Shown here: piece after piece, positions 24,405 to 33,876 of the stretch
Layout of the letters: each line of letters begins with the position of its first letter
Position numbering within the stretch: position 1 is the first letter of the stretch
Virus record (IMG/VR): IMGVR_UViG_3300030613_000004
DNA length: 45,752 nucleotides
Source of the DNA: a virus
Direction: 5' to 3' (one strand)
Position numbers and translations under genes: made by a program
Notes under the pieces: generated by a model
The model's database searches: none
The model's input: the letters and a program-made list of their open reading frames with translations, nothing else
What the model was told of the DNA's origin: nothing

Positions 24405-24428
24405 TTCAGCACAGGAGGTATAGCTGAA

Positions 24429-25100
24429 ATGGCTGACATGAGATTCAACGTAAACGAAGCCGTCTTGGACGCCGCTGGAGACGGTCAAGGATTCATGGCC
24501 GTGAAGGGAAGCCGAATGGGCTTCCCCTGCGTCATGGACTTCTTCACGTACATGGCGCTTACGGGCCACGCCTACCAGATTCGGGCCGGCACCGTCGCTA
24601 CGGGGCTTGCGGCTGACTCAACCCTGACCGACACGGCGGCGAATATGTGCGTGGATGCGGCGACCGGCTTGACCATCATCCCGTGCAGCATTCGCCTCGG
24701 TCTCCGTGACGTTGCGACTGCGACGACACTCCAGGCTGCCATGAAGGGAGTCGGCGCTGTCTCCTCGGCGGGCACCGCATTCGTTCCGCTGCCACTGTTA
24801 CAGGGAGGCGCTGCGGCCACGTCAACAGCGCGGGTAGCGACCGACGGGGGCGTGACGGTTACGGCTGAGTTGGCGACTACGACTAGGCGACTGTGGGAGT
24901 TTGAGGCGCTCCAGACCCAATCGGCGACCGTGCTGGCTGTCGGTGCGCTGGGCACAATCGCTTCTGCGAGCTACAGACCGATTCTCCCGTACATCGGCAA
25001 GGGACCGGCCTGTGTCTACGTGCAGATCGCGTCAACGACAGCGTTCACGCTGCACTTTGGGACGCTCGACTACATCGAGTTCCCGACAACCTCGCTCTAG
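24429..25100 (+). CDS. Ala/Thr/Gly-rich structural protein
   Basis: AGGAGGTA precedes the ATG. 223 aa. Confidence 0.6.
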   Translation: MADMRFNVNEAVLDAAGDGQGFMAVKGSRMGFPCVMDFFTYMALTGHAYQIRAGTVATGLAADSTLTDTAANMCVDAATGLTIIPCSIRLGLRDVATATTLQAAMKGVGAVSSAGTAFVPLPLLQGGAAATSTARVATDGGVTVTAELATTTRRLWEFEALQTQSATVLAVGALGTIASASYRPILPYIGKGPACVYVQIASTTAFTLHFGTLDYIEFPTTSL

Positions 25101-25109
25101 GAGTGAGCC

Positions 25110-25448
25110 ATGCCCCTCTATGACTACTGCTGTAATGAGGGACATGTGACCGAGGTGAAGGCAGGTTACGAGGTAACAGCCGTAGCCTGCCCCACCTGCG
25201 GCCGTGATGCCCGCCGCCTCTCGGTCTACGAGAGCCAGTACATCAACGGCGAGACCGTCGCCAAGGGGGTGACGAAGGCGACCCGCATGGGCAACGTCGT
25301 AGACAATCACGGGCGCTACCGTGTGGGGCTCTTCCAAGAGGCGTCGGCAGAAATAGCCCACGCCTGTGAGAAGGCTGAGAAGCCGGTGCCGCCATTGTGG
25401 CAGGAGGCGAAGAAGCGTGCCCGCAAAATCAGGGAAGCAGTACCGTAA
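25110..25448 (+). CDS. FmdB-like CxxC zinc-ribbon protein
   Basis: MPLYDYCCNEGHVTEV...VACPTCG..ARRL fits the MP.YEY.C..CGH...CP.CG pattern. Confidence 0.55.
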   Translation: MPLYDYCCNEGHVTEVKAGYEVTAVACPTCGRDARRLSVYESQYINGETVAKGVTKATRMGNVVDNHGRYRVGLFQEASAEIAHACEKAEKPVPPLWQEAKKRARKIREAVP

Positions 25449-25553
25449 GGCCGGGGCCGCCGCCGCCCGGGGTGAAGCCTGGGGCAAGGAAATGGTGAAG
25501 GCTACCCCTCCAGCCAAGCGTCGGGCCTGGACGAAGAAGGGTAAGCCTAAGAA

Positions 25554-27026
25554 GTGAGCACACAGGCGGCTCTCAGGCTGAAGGTAGGCCAGTTCAGCGG
25601 CCTGTGCCGGACGGGCACCGTCACGGCAGCGGGGAGCACCACCACTGCCATCGACGTGCTGCGGCTGGGAACCTACGCGGCCACCGTTCCTATCGGCTCC
25701 ATCTTCATCCTAAAGTTCACGGACGCTGCCACATCCTTCTACGACGGCGGGGCCAGCAACGACGAGATACGGGACTCAGGGAACGGGTTTGGGAGTTACC
25801 GCGTCGGTGACAAGGTAACGGTATCCGGCACCGTCAACAACAACGGCACCTACACGATCCTCACCGTCGCAGCGGGCGCTTTAGGCGTCGCAACTGGCTT
25901 GCTGACTAACGAGACGGTAGCCGCCACTCTTACTACCTACGAACAGTCTTGGGTGACGGATCATGTCGCTACTACGGGCACCCTGACCCTCTCCCCCGCC
26001 GGCAACGCTTCAGCCGTCGGGCAGACATACGAGTTGTGGGACAAGGCCGTGGAGAGCGTGACCAGGGTGAATGACGCCATGGACCGCGCCCTCACGCGCC
26101 GCTGCGCCTACTGGAAGAAGACGCCCCTGGGGCTGCTGACCAACGGCGATTGCCAGAGCGCAACGGGGTGGACGACAAGCAACGCGACACTCGTTGCAAC
26201 CGCCCTGGCTTTTCCTGAATGGCTCTTCGGCCGTTACTACTTGGCACTGACGGCAAGTGCCGCTGCTGGCTACGCCTATCAGGCCTTGACGGTTGCGGAG
26301 AACAAGACCTATCACCTGGCAATTCTCATGCGGAACGGGGTAGGGGCGACGGCGGCGACTGCATCGGTGACTGTCTACGACTCTGTAAACGCAGCCTACG
26401 TCACCCTGAGTGGTGACACGCTCTCCATAACCCAAGCCGCCACCTATGCGGAGCCCTGGCGGTTCCTGAAAGCACAGTTCACCGTGCCGGATGGGTGCAA
26501 CCGGGACTTGATCCGCCTCAACCTGGACCTGATAAACGCTGTGGGCGACTTTGGCATGGTCGTGGTGTGGCCCGCCGACTCTAGGGCCTTGCCGCTTCCT
26601 GCTCGCATCACAAGTGAGGAGCAGGTAGGCCGTATCTTCCTCATGCACGAGAAAGTGTCCGAGGACTTCACCCACTCCTGGGATTTGGAGGAGGTTTTCC
26701 ACCCCAAGCCAGTGCGGAACGCCTACGGGGGCCTGGAGATAGAGTTCGACGGGGCGCTGGGCAGTAAGGGTCCCTACCTCATTGAGGAACTCACCCACTA
26801 CGCGGCCCTGACCTCGGACACCGACACGACGGACTGCGACGACTTCTACGCGGGCTATCTGGGGGCCGATGAACTGATAGGCGACATCATCAAGCAGAAG
26901 CTCATCAGCGACACGCCTGAGGAAGCCAACGGCCTCAAGATTCTCAGGGATGAAGTCGCCAGGGAAGGTGGCCCTATCGTCGCCGAGAAGGCACCGGAAC
27001 GTCACATCGTAATCCGACGGGGATGA
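25554..27026 (+). CDS. tail/structural protein (490 aa)
   Basis: Long ORF in the tail region. NGDCQSATGWTTSNATL resembles the opening strand of CBM4/9-like jelly rolls. This is weak. Confidence 0.6.
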   Translation: MSTQAALRLKVGQFSGLCRTGTVTAAGSTTTAIDVLRLGTYAATVPIGSIFILKFTDAATSFYDGGASNDEIRDSGNGFGSYRVGDKVTVSGTVNNNGTYTILTVAAGALGVATGLLTNETVAATLTTYEQSWVTDHVATTGTLTLSPAGNASAVGQTYELWDKAVESVTRVNDAMDRALTRRCAYWKKTPLGLLTNGDCQSATGWTTSNATLVATALAFPEWLFGRYYLALTASAAAGYAYQALTVAENKTYHLAILMRNGVGATAATASVTVYDSVNAAYVTLSGDTLSITQAATYAEPWRFLKAQFTVPDGCNRDLIRLNLDLINAVGDFGMVVVWPADSRALPLPARITSEEQVGRIFLMHEKVSEDFTHSWDLEEVFHPKPVRNAYGGLEIEFDGALGSKGPYLIEELTHYAALTSDTDTTDCDDFYAGYLGADELIGDIIKQKLISDTPEEANGLKILRDEVAREGGPIVAEKAPERHIVIRRG

Positions 27027-27041
27027 GGGGAGAACGATTGA

Positions 27042-28838
27042 TTGGCCGTCAAGACAGTCAGCGACCAACTGGAGAAGGACGAGAAGGACTGGACCTACCG
27101 CCGCTCCAACTTCTCCGGCGGCTGCGGTACGCAACGTCTGACGGAAGACCGCAACGACCCCCGCAGCAAGAATGGCTACTGGTACGGGAAGGTTGACACC
27201 TTTATCCCCCGCCAGACAACGCTCCCTGTCCTCTCTACTCTCGGAACCTTCACCAACAAGACCGGCACCGCCAGCGCAGCTGATGCCACTACCCTGACTG
27301 AGGCTGGTGCCTTCGTTGCCGGCCTGTACGTCGGCTTCGTCGTCACCTGCGGCGGCAAGACCATGACCGTCACCTCCAACACCACGGGCGTTCTGACGGG
27401 ATCGGGTGGCTGGTCGGGAGGAGGTTCCCCGACGCCGGGGGCCTACACGATAACGCTCATACCGTCGCCCTCAGAGACAGACTACGTATCCTTCGCCGAG
27501 TTCTGTGACTCGACGGGCAGCCGCTACCTCTACATGGCGAAGGGGCCGAACGTCTGGCGGACTCAGGCCACAGCTTGGACGTTAGTACATACTAAGGCTG
27601 GTGGCCAGGGCCGACAACTGCATGTCTGCGAGGGGTACGCGAATATCCTCTTCTGGGCTGCGGGAGGCTCCGTCAACCTCCAGTACACAACCGACGGCAC
27701 GACCTGGGCCGACTATGACGTATTCGAGGATTGGACGCCTAGGCCCGCCCTGGCCTTCTGGACCCGTCCCCTAAGCACGGGCGCAAACTTCAGGACCAAC
27801 GCCATACGCTCTGACTACATCTTCCAGGCCACGGGCGACCCCAGAGGAACGCTAAATCCTCTTGGGAGCGTAGAGCCCTTCGTGGGAGGGCTGTTCTATG
27901 AGTCGAGCGGGCTGAGTTCAGCCTGGTGTACCGCATTCATTCCTACGGGGTCTGTGATCCATGAGGTGGTCGCGGCAGATGGTGCGTGGTTCAACGATCA
28001 CCGTCCTGGTTTCCTGGACGTAACCGCTGCCTGCGTCTACGGCGATGAACTGGCCATCGTGGACAGTGGGCAGGGACCGTTCCTCTGGTATCCGGGCCGA
28101 CCTGTGCGCGACATCTCTATCTGGAGGGACGACGGGTGCCCGCCGGATCTGAAGGGCCAGATCAAGGCCCTCATCACCGTGGGCTCCTACCTTCTGGCCT
28201 ACTGGCAACTGGACGGCTCCGACGTGACGATGATCTTCTGGGGCCGTATCAACGAGGCAGGGCAGTGGACGTGGCACTACCGGGCCGGTGACTACACGGG
28301 GGCACACCCTCTCGGCAACTCCGGTCTGTGGATGACCCACGGCACACTGGCCACCCATGATCGCCGCCGCCTCTGGACATGTACGGCGGACGGCACCACC
28401 TGCCGCCTGTACTACCAGGACTGGCCCCACGCAAGCTGGAACCCCCTCATGGAAACCTCATCCTGGATGCAGTATGAGGACGGCTATCGCTACCTCTACG
28501 ACTCCTGGGTAAATCTCCTGTTGATGGGCGACCAGGCCGGGGCCTTGACTGAGATTGAACGCCACGGCGACTTCACCGCTGCCACGAAGAACATGACGGT
28601 GGATTACCGATTGGATGATGACTCTACGGCTGAGGCATCGGCCACCTGGAAGAGTCTCCTTACCATCAATGACACAAGGCGCGTTCAGCCGATCCACCCG
28701 CAGCGTGGGATTCAGGCGCTGAGTTCACAACTGAAGATCGGGTTGGACCGTACCACGGCGACGCTGACGCCTGTGCTCCGCGACCTCGGCCTCACCATCG
28801 AACGTCAGGTCCGGCATCCTGTTCTGAGGCGGAAATGA
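27042..28838 (+). CDS. tail/structural protein (598 aa)
   Basis: TTG start after GAGGGGAG. Trp-rich repetitive beta-like sequence. Confidence 0.6.
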   Translation: MAVKTVSDQLEKDEKDWTYRRSNFSGGCGTQRLTEDRNDPRSKNGYWYGKVDTFIPRQTTLPVLSTLGTFTNKTGTASAADATTLTEAGAFVAGLYVGFVVTCGGKTMTVTSNTTGVLTGSGGWSGGGSPTPGAYTITLIPSPSETDYVSFAEFCDSTGSRYLYMAKGPNVWRTQATAWTLVHTKAGGQGRQLHVCEGYANILFWAAGGSVNLQYTTDGTTWADYDVFEDWTPRPALAFWTRPLSTGANFRTNAIRSDYIFQATGDPRGTLNPLGSVEPFVGGLFYESSGLSSAWCTAFIPTGSVIHEVVAADGAWFNDHRPGFLDVTAACVYGDELAIVDSGQGPFLWYPGRPVRDISIWRDDGCPPDLKGQIKALITVGSYLLAYWQLDGSDVTMIFWGRINEAGQWTWHYRAGDYTGAHPLGNSGLWMTHGTLATHDRRRLWTCTADGTTCRLYYQDWPHASWNPLMETSSWMQYEDGYRYLYDSWVNLLLMGDQAGALTEIERHGDFTAATKNMTVDYRLDDDSTAEASATWKSLLTINDTRRVQPIHPQRGIQALSSQLKIGLDRTTATLTPVLRDLGLTIERQVRHPVLRRK

Positions 28839-29257
28839 TACTGGGCGAGTCTAAGAACCCTGTGCCTTGGGTGGGCACGGTCTACGGCGAGCAGCCTGAA
28901 GGGTACATCGTCTCAGGCCCGACTCGCGGAAGCGTGCGCTACATTCACCGCGACCTGATGACCGGCTGGGATAGCCCCACCGTCACGCCTGAGATCGGGG
29001 AGGACTGGCGGGGCCGGTTCGACCAGCCAACAGGGCCGGTGTTTGAGAGCGTGACAGCCTCTCGCCCCAAGTTGGCGAAGCACCCGAAGCCCGCAGGCAG
29101 CGCTCATGTGGCCAGTCGTCGCCGGCCCCTCCTGACCATCAAGCTCAAAGGTGTCATTGTTATACAAGGCACTGAGGAGGCGGGGGTTAACATCAAGGCC
29201 CAGAACGTGAACGTGATCACAGGTGGCGCAGGAACGGTCGCGGTGAAGGGCACATGA
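28835..29257 (+). CDS. hypothetical tail-module protein
   Basis: ATGA overlaps at both ends. Confidence 0.5.
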   Translation: MILGESKNPVPWVGTVYGEQPEGYIVSGPTRGSVRYIHRDLMTGWDSPTVTPEIGEDWRGRFDQPTGPVFESVTASRPKLAKHPKPAGSAHVASRRRPLLTIKLKGVIVIQGTEEAGVNIKAQNVNVITGGAGTVAVKGT

Positions 29258-31596
29258 CGATTGAAGGGGCAACGATCCTCGATTTCCTGAGCGACTACTT
29301 CACTGTTGCTGCTGACCCAGAACAGGAAGCCAATATCACGCTCAAGACGGGAACGCCTGTCGCCATCGGGATTGCCAACAGCGAGGGTGATGGGGACGCC
29401 CTGGCCCGCGCCAACCACGTTCACAACCATGGCGATCTCTCGGCCACCCTGCCCGAGGCCCACCACCCTGTAACGGCCATAGTTCCCACGCTCGTCGTAG
29501 CCGCCTCAGATTCCTCGGCTGCGATGCAAGCAGTGGCAGACTACGTGTGCGATGGCACGGCCGACGAGGTGCAGATTCAGGCTGCTCTTGCTGCTCTCCC
29601 CGCCACGGCGGGTCGGGTGATCCTTAGCGAAGGGAACTTCGCCATCGCGGCCACTGTGACAATGACTGTGGACAACCACACCCTCCAGGGCGCGGGAACC
29701 GCCACCATCCTCAAGGCAGCGGCGGGCCTAGAAGCAGCGGATTTGATTCAAATAGGTGACGGCCTTACGCGCCAGAACTGGGTGACGGTGCGCGACTTCT
29801 GTATCGACTCGGCTGTCACCAAGACGGCAGGGGCAGCGGTTCATTTCCAGTTCACGCTCTCCTGTTCCGCCCGCAACGTTGTCGTCAAGCACCACTTCTG
29901 CGCCTTCGACTGGTCCGGCGGCTGCTACGGCACGCGCATGAGCAACATCGAGGCGCGGGATATGGAAGTCCTAGGGCTGGTGTTCAACATCAGCGATGAG
30001 GACGGTAGCCACCTCCCCGGGTCCGGCTACTTTATCGATCATCTCATCATCGACAACGAGGACGATGCCCAGCCCGCCTACGGTATCCGCATCCGGGCCG
30101 GCGAGGGGTTCTACTGGAGCAACATCGAAGTCCTGCACACCCAACAAGGGCTGACGATAGACCCCGACACCGGCCAGCGGGTTCGGTTTGGGTTCATCAA
30201 CAACCTCATCTGTGACCAGAGCAACGCCAACCCCATTCACATCATCCCTGTGAACACCGGCTGGGTGGAGGACATCCACTTTACGAACCTCTGGGGTACA
30301 GGCTCCAATACACTCGATGGGTTCGTTATCAACCCCCAGAATACGAGCATCGTTCGGGGTATCACTGTCGAGCAGGGCCGGTTCTTCGAGAACGACCACA
30401 GTGGCGTCTTTTTGGGCAAAGCTGCCGGGGCTACCGTAGCGGATGTTCGGCTCCACAACTGCTTTTCTATCGGGAACAGCGTGGAGGGGGCCAACAGCTT
30501 CGACGGGTTCCACATTCAGGATGCCGTCTCAGGCTGGCACATCACTCAATGTACGGCGACCAACGGCTGGAACTTCAGCGGCACCCAACGCTACGGCGTC
30601 TATGTGGAGGCGGCCGCCTCCAACAACTACACCATCAAGGACAATGACCTACGCGGGAACGGGACCGGCACACTCTCTGACGGTGGCACCGGCACGACCA
30701 AGGACATCAGGGGCAACCTGGGCCACGCGGGGGCGTGGAAAGCCCTCTACGCAGGTCTAGGCGCTCAGACAACAGAACTGGCACTGGGTGCGGCAGGAAC
30801 CTTCTTCAGAAGCGGCGGCGAGGCAGCAGCCCCCACCTTCTACGACCACGAGGGCGCTGCCGACCCCCACACACCCTACCTTCTGGCTGCCGGCACCCGA
30901 CTGGCAACCTACCTTGGGATAGGGGCTGCTGCGTCACCCTCTGCGGATAACCTTCTCTACATCTCCAAAACTCACCTCTCGCCAGCAGGCAGCCTGACCG
31001 GGTTCGGCATCTATCTGAACTCCGATGTTGAGCACATTGATGCAGGGACCATAAGCAGGAACCACATTGGGGCCTATCTCCTGCCTAGCCTGGACATAGA
31101 CAACACTGTCCTGAACGGGGAGCAAATGGGGCTAGTCTCCGGCTGGGTGGTCAACTTTGGGGACGAGGCTGTGACTATTGCTCAGGCGACGGCCTGGAAG
31201 GGGCTGATTGCCACGACTGGCAGCAACGGCGTCCTCACAACGGCCCGTGCTATCCACGTGGCTGACGCTCTTGTGACGGCGGGCTCCATTGGCACCCAGT
31301 ACGGCATCGACATCGACGCTCTGGCGGCGGCGACGCTGAACGTAGGTATACGCAACAACGCCACGAGCAGGCTGGTGGGTTCTACTAAGATGGGGGCGGA
31401 TGCTGCTCCTACCGAGATGCTGGATGTGGCTGGAAACATTGCTGTAACCGGCACCGTCGATGGCGTAGATGTGGCTGCCCATGCGGCCAACTCTGATGCC
31501 CACCACACCCGCTACACGGACGCTGAGGCGTTGGCGGCGGTGCCCTTTGTGACGGACATAGTTTTTGGCTCAGGGAGCCAAGTGTACTTCCCATAG
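29254..31596 (+). CDS. tail fibre / tailspike with a beta-helix-like central region
   Basis: 780 aa. DGTADEVQIQAALAAL...GRVILSEGNF is typical of the cap of pectate-lyase-fold tailspikes. His-rich fibre motifs HVHNHGD, ADPHTPY and AHHTRY. Confidence 0.65.
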   Translation: MTIEGATILDFLSDYFTVAADPEQEANITLKTGTPVAIGIANSEGDGDALARANHVHNHGDLSATLPEAHHPVTAIVPTLVVAASDSSAAMQAVADYVCDGTADEVQIQAALAALPATAGRVILSEGNFAIAATVTMTVDNHTLQGAGTATILKAAAGLEAADLIQIGDGLTRQNWVTVRDFCIDSAVTKTAGAAVHFQFTLSCSARNVVVKHHFCAFDWSGGCYGTRMSNIEARDMEVLGLVFNISDEDGSHLPGSGYFIDHLIIDNEDDAQPAYGIRIRAGEGFYWSNIEVLHTQQGLTIDPDTGQRVRFGFINNLICDQSNANPIHIIPVNTGWVEDIHFTNLWGTGSNTLDGFVINPQNTSIVRGITVEQGRFFENDHSGVFLGKAAGATVADVRLHNCFSIGNSVEGANSFDGFHIQDAVSGWHITQCTATNGWNFSGTQRYGVYVEAAASNNYTIKDNDLRGNGTGTLSDGGTGTTKDIRGNLGHAGAWKALYAGLGAQTTELALGAAGTFFRSGGEAAAPTFYDHEGAADPHTPYLLAAGTRLATYLGIGAAASPSADNLLYISKTHLSPAGSLTGFGIYLNSDVEHIDAGTISRNHIGAYLLPSLDIDNTVLNGEQMGLVSGWVVNFGDEAVTIAQATAWKGLIATTGSNGVLTTARAIHVADALVTAGSIGTQYGIDIDALAAATLNVGIRNNATSRLVGSTKMGADAAPTEMLDVAGNIAVTGTVDGVDVAAHAANSDAHHTRYTDAEALAAVPFVTDIVFGSGSQVYFP

Positions 31597-31606
31597 GAGG
31601 AAAGAC

Positions 31607-32044
31607 ATGGCGAACTTCGTCTACACCCACGCCAAGTACGCGCTCTTGGCTGGTGAACTGGACCTCAACGCGCACGACATCCGGGTGTTGCTGGTGATGA
31701 CCAACAGCACCGCCGACACCGAGAAGGACGTTGACACCATCAGCGCCTTCACGACTCTGGATGAGATGGACGGGTCGGGCTATGCGCGGCAGGCGCTGGC
31801 TGCTGAGGCCGTGGCTGAGGACGAGGCCAATGACAGGGCTGAGTTCGATGCTACCGACGCCACCTTTACGTCGGTTGGTGCCGGCACCCGCCAGGTCTTG
31901 GGTGCGGTCGTCTACAGGTTCATCACTAACGACACAGACAATGTGCCCATCGCTTGGATCGACACTGGTGGCTTCCCGTTCTCTGCCAACGGCGGCAACA
32001 TCGGCATTCAATGGAACGCAGAAGGAATCGTGCAGGCTACTTAG
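31607..32044 (+). CDS. hypothetical tail-module protein
   Basis: GGAGGAAAGAC precedes the ATG. Confidence 0.55.
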   Translation: MANFVYTHAKYALLAGELDLNAHDIRVLLVMTNSTADTEKDVDTISAFTTLDEMDGSGYARQALAAEAVAEDEANDRAEFDATDATFTSVGAGTRQVLGAVVYRFITNDTDNVPIAWIDTGGFPFSANGGNIGIQWNAEGIVQAT

Positions 32045-32053
32045 AGGACGAAA

Positions 32054-32455
32054 GTGTACGCCAAGATCGTTGAACTCCAGCGTGAGCGGGATACTCGCTG
32101 CCTCTACCTGCTTGTCTACTTCTGGCGCTACAAGTCCGACTACGACCTGGGGCGAGCGCCTATCCTGATCAACGACTTCCTCATGCACCTGAGCCCCGGG
32201 CCGGGTGTGGGACTAGCCATCCGCGAGAACATCCGCAACTATGTCCGCCGTGCCGTCCGCAAGAGGATCAGGGGCGACCACTCATCGGCGGGAGCGGAGT
32301 CCGGTACTGCCCTGACCATAGATGGCGTAGTCGTCCGGCCCAGGGGAGCCCGCATCTTCAAGCAGATCATCCGCAACATGAACGACCCCGACGGACTGCT
32401 GGCCCGACCAGAGGTGACGGCCCTGCGGGACGCTGACTTCGAGGTTGGCGAATGA
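32054..32455 (+). CDS. hypothetical protein
   Basis: GTG start. The stop overlaps the next ATG. Confidence 0.45.
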   Translation: MYAKIVELQRERDTRCLYLLVYFWRYKSDYDLGRAPILINDFLMHLSPGPGVGLAIRENIRNYVRRAVRKRIRGDHSSAGAESGTALTIDGVVVRPRGARIFKQIIRNMNDPDGLLARPEVTALRDADFEVGE

Positions 32456-33876
32456 CCACCCTAAACCTCCAGTGTGGAGCCAGCGCTCATGACGCCGAGG
32501 AAAACGTCAGCACGGGCGGCATAGGGCCACTTGCTGGCTACACCCTGCGAATCGGCTACCTCATCTCCGCACGCCATGTAGGTCTCTATTTCCCCAGCGT
32601 CTCCGGTCTGTCAGGCGCTACCATCAACAGTGCGACCCTTACTTTTCGCGCCTACACGAGTCAGTCCGGCTCCTTCATAGGCGACTGGTATGCTCATGAT
32701 GCCGCTGCTCCCGGTGTATTCACGACGGCTGCCTACAACATCAGCAGTCGGACGCGCACCACCGCGACCTGTGAGGGTGATGGGTCCGATTTTGGGAACT
32801 GGACTGATGCTCAGGATCAGACCTTCACAGGTGACGGCACTAACACGATAGCTAGCATCATTCAGGAACTAGCGGACTCCTACGATCCCTCGGCCATTGT
32901 CCTAGTGTGGATTTACACAAGCGGAACCGGTGCCCGTGCCGCGCATTCTTACGATTACCCTGGCGGTAGCGCCCCCAAGCTGGACATCGACTATACGGCC
33001 GGTGGAGGCGCGATCACTCTGACACCGGACCCCGCCACGACTGCCATAGTGGCCCCCAGTCCGACCCTGGTCTTCGGTGCGAAGACGCTGACGCCAGACG
33101 TGACCATCACCCAGATGGTAGCTCCGAGCGTGACCGTCTCCCTGTCGAAGACTCTGACCCCCGACCCAGCGAGCATTGGAATCACAGCGCCCGACGTGGG
33201 CGTGGCCCTCAGCATCACTCTGACCCCTGACCCCGCCATCGTCACAATGGCTACGCCATCCGTAAGCGTGTTCGTCGGCGGGGATACCATACTGACGCCC
33301 ACGCCTGCCATCACGTCATTGATCGCCCCAGAAGTAACGCTGGCCTTCGGGGCGAAGACCCTGACGCCCGACCCTGCAATCCTGACTCTCATGGCCCCCA
33401 GTGCCACTGTGGCGCTGGCGCTGACGCTCACTCCCGATGCGGCAATCACGGCACTCATCGCTCCGTCAGTAACCATCCTAGCAGGCGCGAAGACGCTCAC
33501 GCCGACCCCGGCCATCCTTGTGTTGAGCGCCCCTATAGTGGTGGTGGTAGGTGGCGGGGCTGTCAGTTACACGACTTATAAGACTGCCCGCACCTACGAT
33601 CCTGCTTGGTTCCCAACAGGCTCTCTCTTCCGCATCGTTGTCCTTCTCTCAACCACGAGCGTAAGCGCCTCAGTTGTGGCGCGGCTCTACAACGTCACCG
33701 ACGGGGCTATAGTCGCAGGGTCTGAGGTTAGTTCAACCAATACCGAACTTGCGGAGCTGATCAGTTCTTCCTTCAGCCTGCCCTCGGGCGAGAAGAGTTA
33801 CCGGATAGAGTTCGGCGGTGATCCGGGCGGCAGCTTTGAGTGTGAGTACGCGGCCGTCAGGAGGATATCCAGCTAA
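32452..33876 (+). CDS. fibre-like protein with eight tandem LTPDPA-type repeats
   Basis: 474 aa. The repeat block is at 33019-33558. Confidence 0.7.
   Translation: MTTLNLQCGASAHDAEENVSTGGIGPLAGYTLRIGYLISARHVGLYFPSVSGLSGATINSATLTFRAYTSQSGSFIGDWYAHDAAAPGVFTTAAYNISSRTRTTATCEGDGSDFGNWTDAQDQTFTGDGTNTIASIIQELADSYDPSAIVLVWIYTSGTGARAAHSYDYPGGSAPKLDIDYTAGGGAITLTPDPATTAIVAPSPTLVFGAKTLTPDVTITQMVAPSVTVSLSKTLTPDPASIGITAPDVGVALSITLTPDPAIVTMATPSVSVFVGGDTILTPTPAITSLIAPEVTLAFGAKTLTPDPAILTLMAPSATVALALTLTPDAAITALIAPSVTILAGAKTLTPTPAILVLSAPIVVVVGGGAVSYTTYKTARTYDPAWFPTGSLFRIVVLLSTTSVSASVVARLYNVTDGAIVAGSEVSSTNTELAELISSSFSLPSGEKSYRIEFGGDPGGSFECEYAAVRRISS
33019..33558 (+). repeat. Eight in-frame tandem repeats of 63-72 nt (21-24 aa)
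   Basis: Units start at 33019, 33088, 33154, 33220, 33292, 33361, 33427 and 33496. Each reads LTP(D/T)(P/V/A)A....(A/T)P.... Confidence 0.9.

Noticed and set aside
33019-33558. A regular ~66-nt periodicity that could be mistaken for a CRISPR array or a DGR variable/template repeat pair.
   Set aside because: The units are contiguous with no spacers, in frame and degenerate. There is no cas gene or reverse transcriptase anywhere, and no adenine-specific mismatch pattern between copies.
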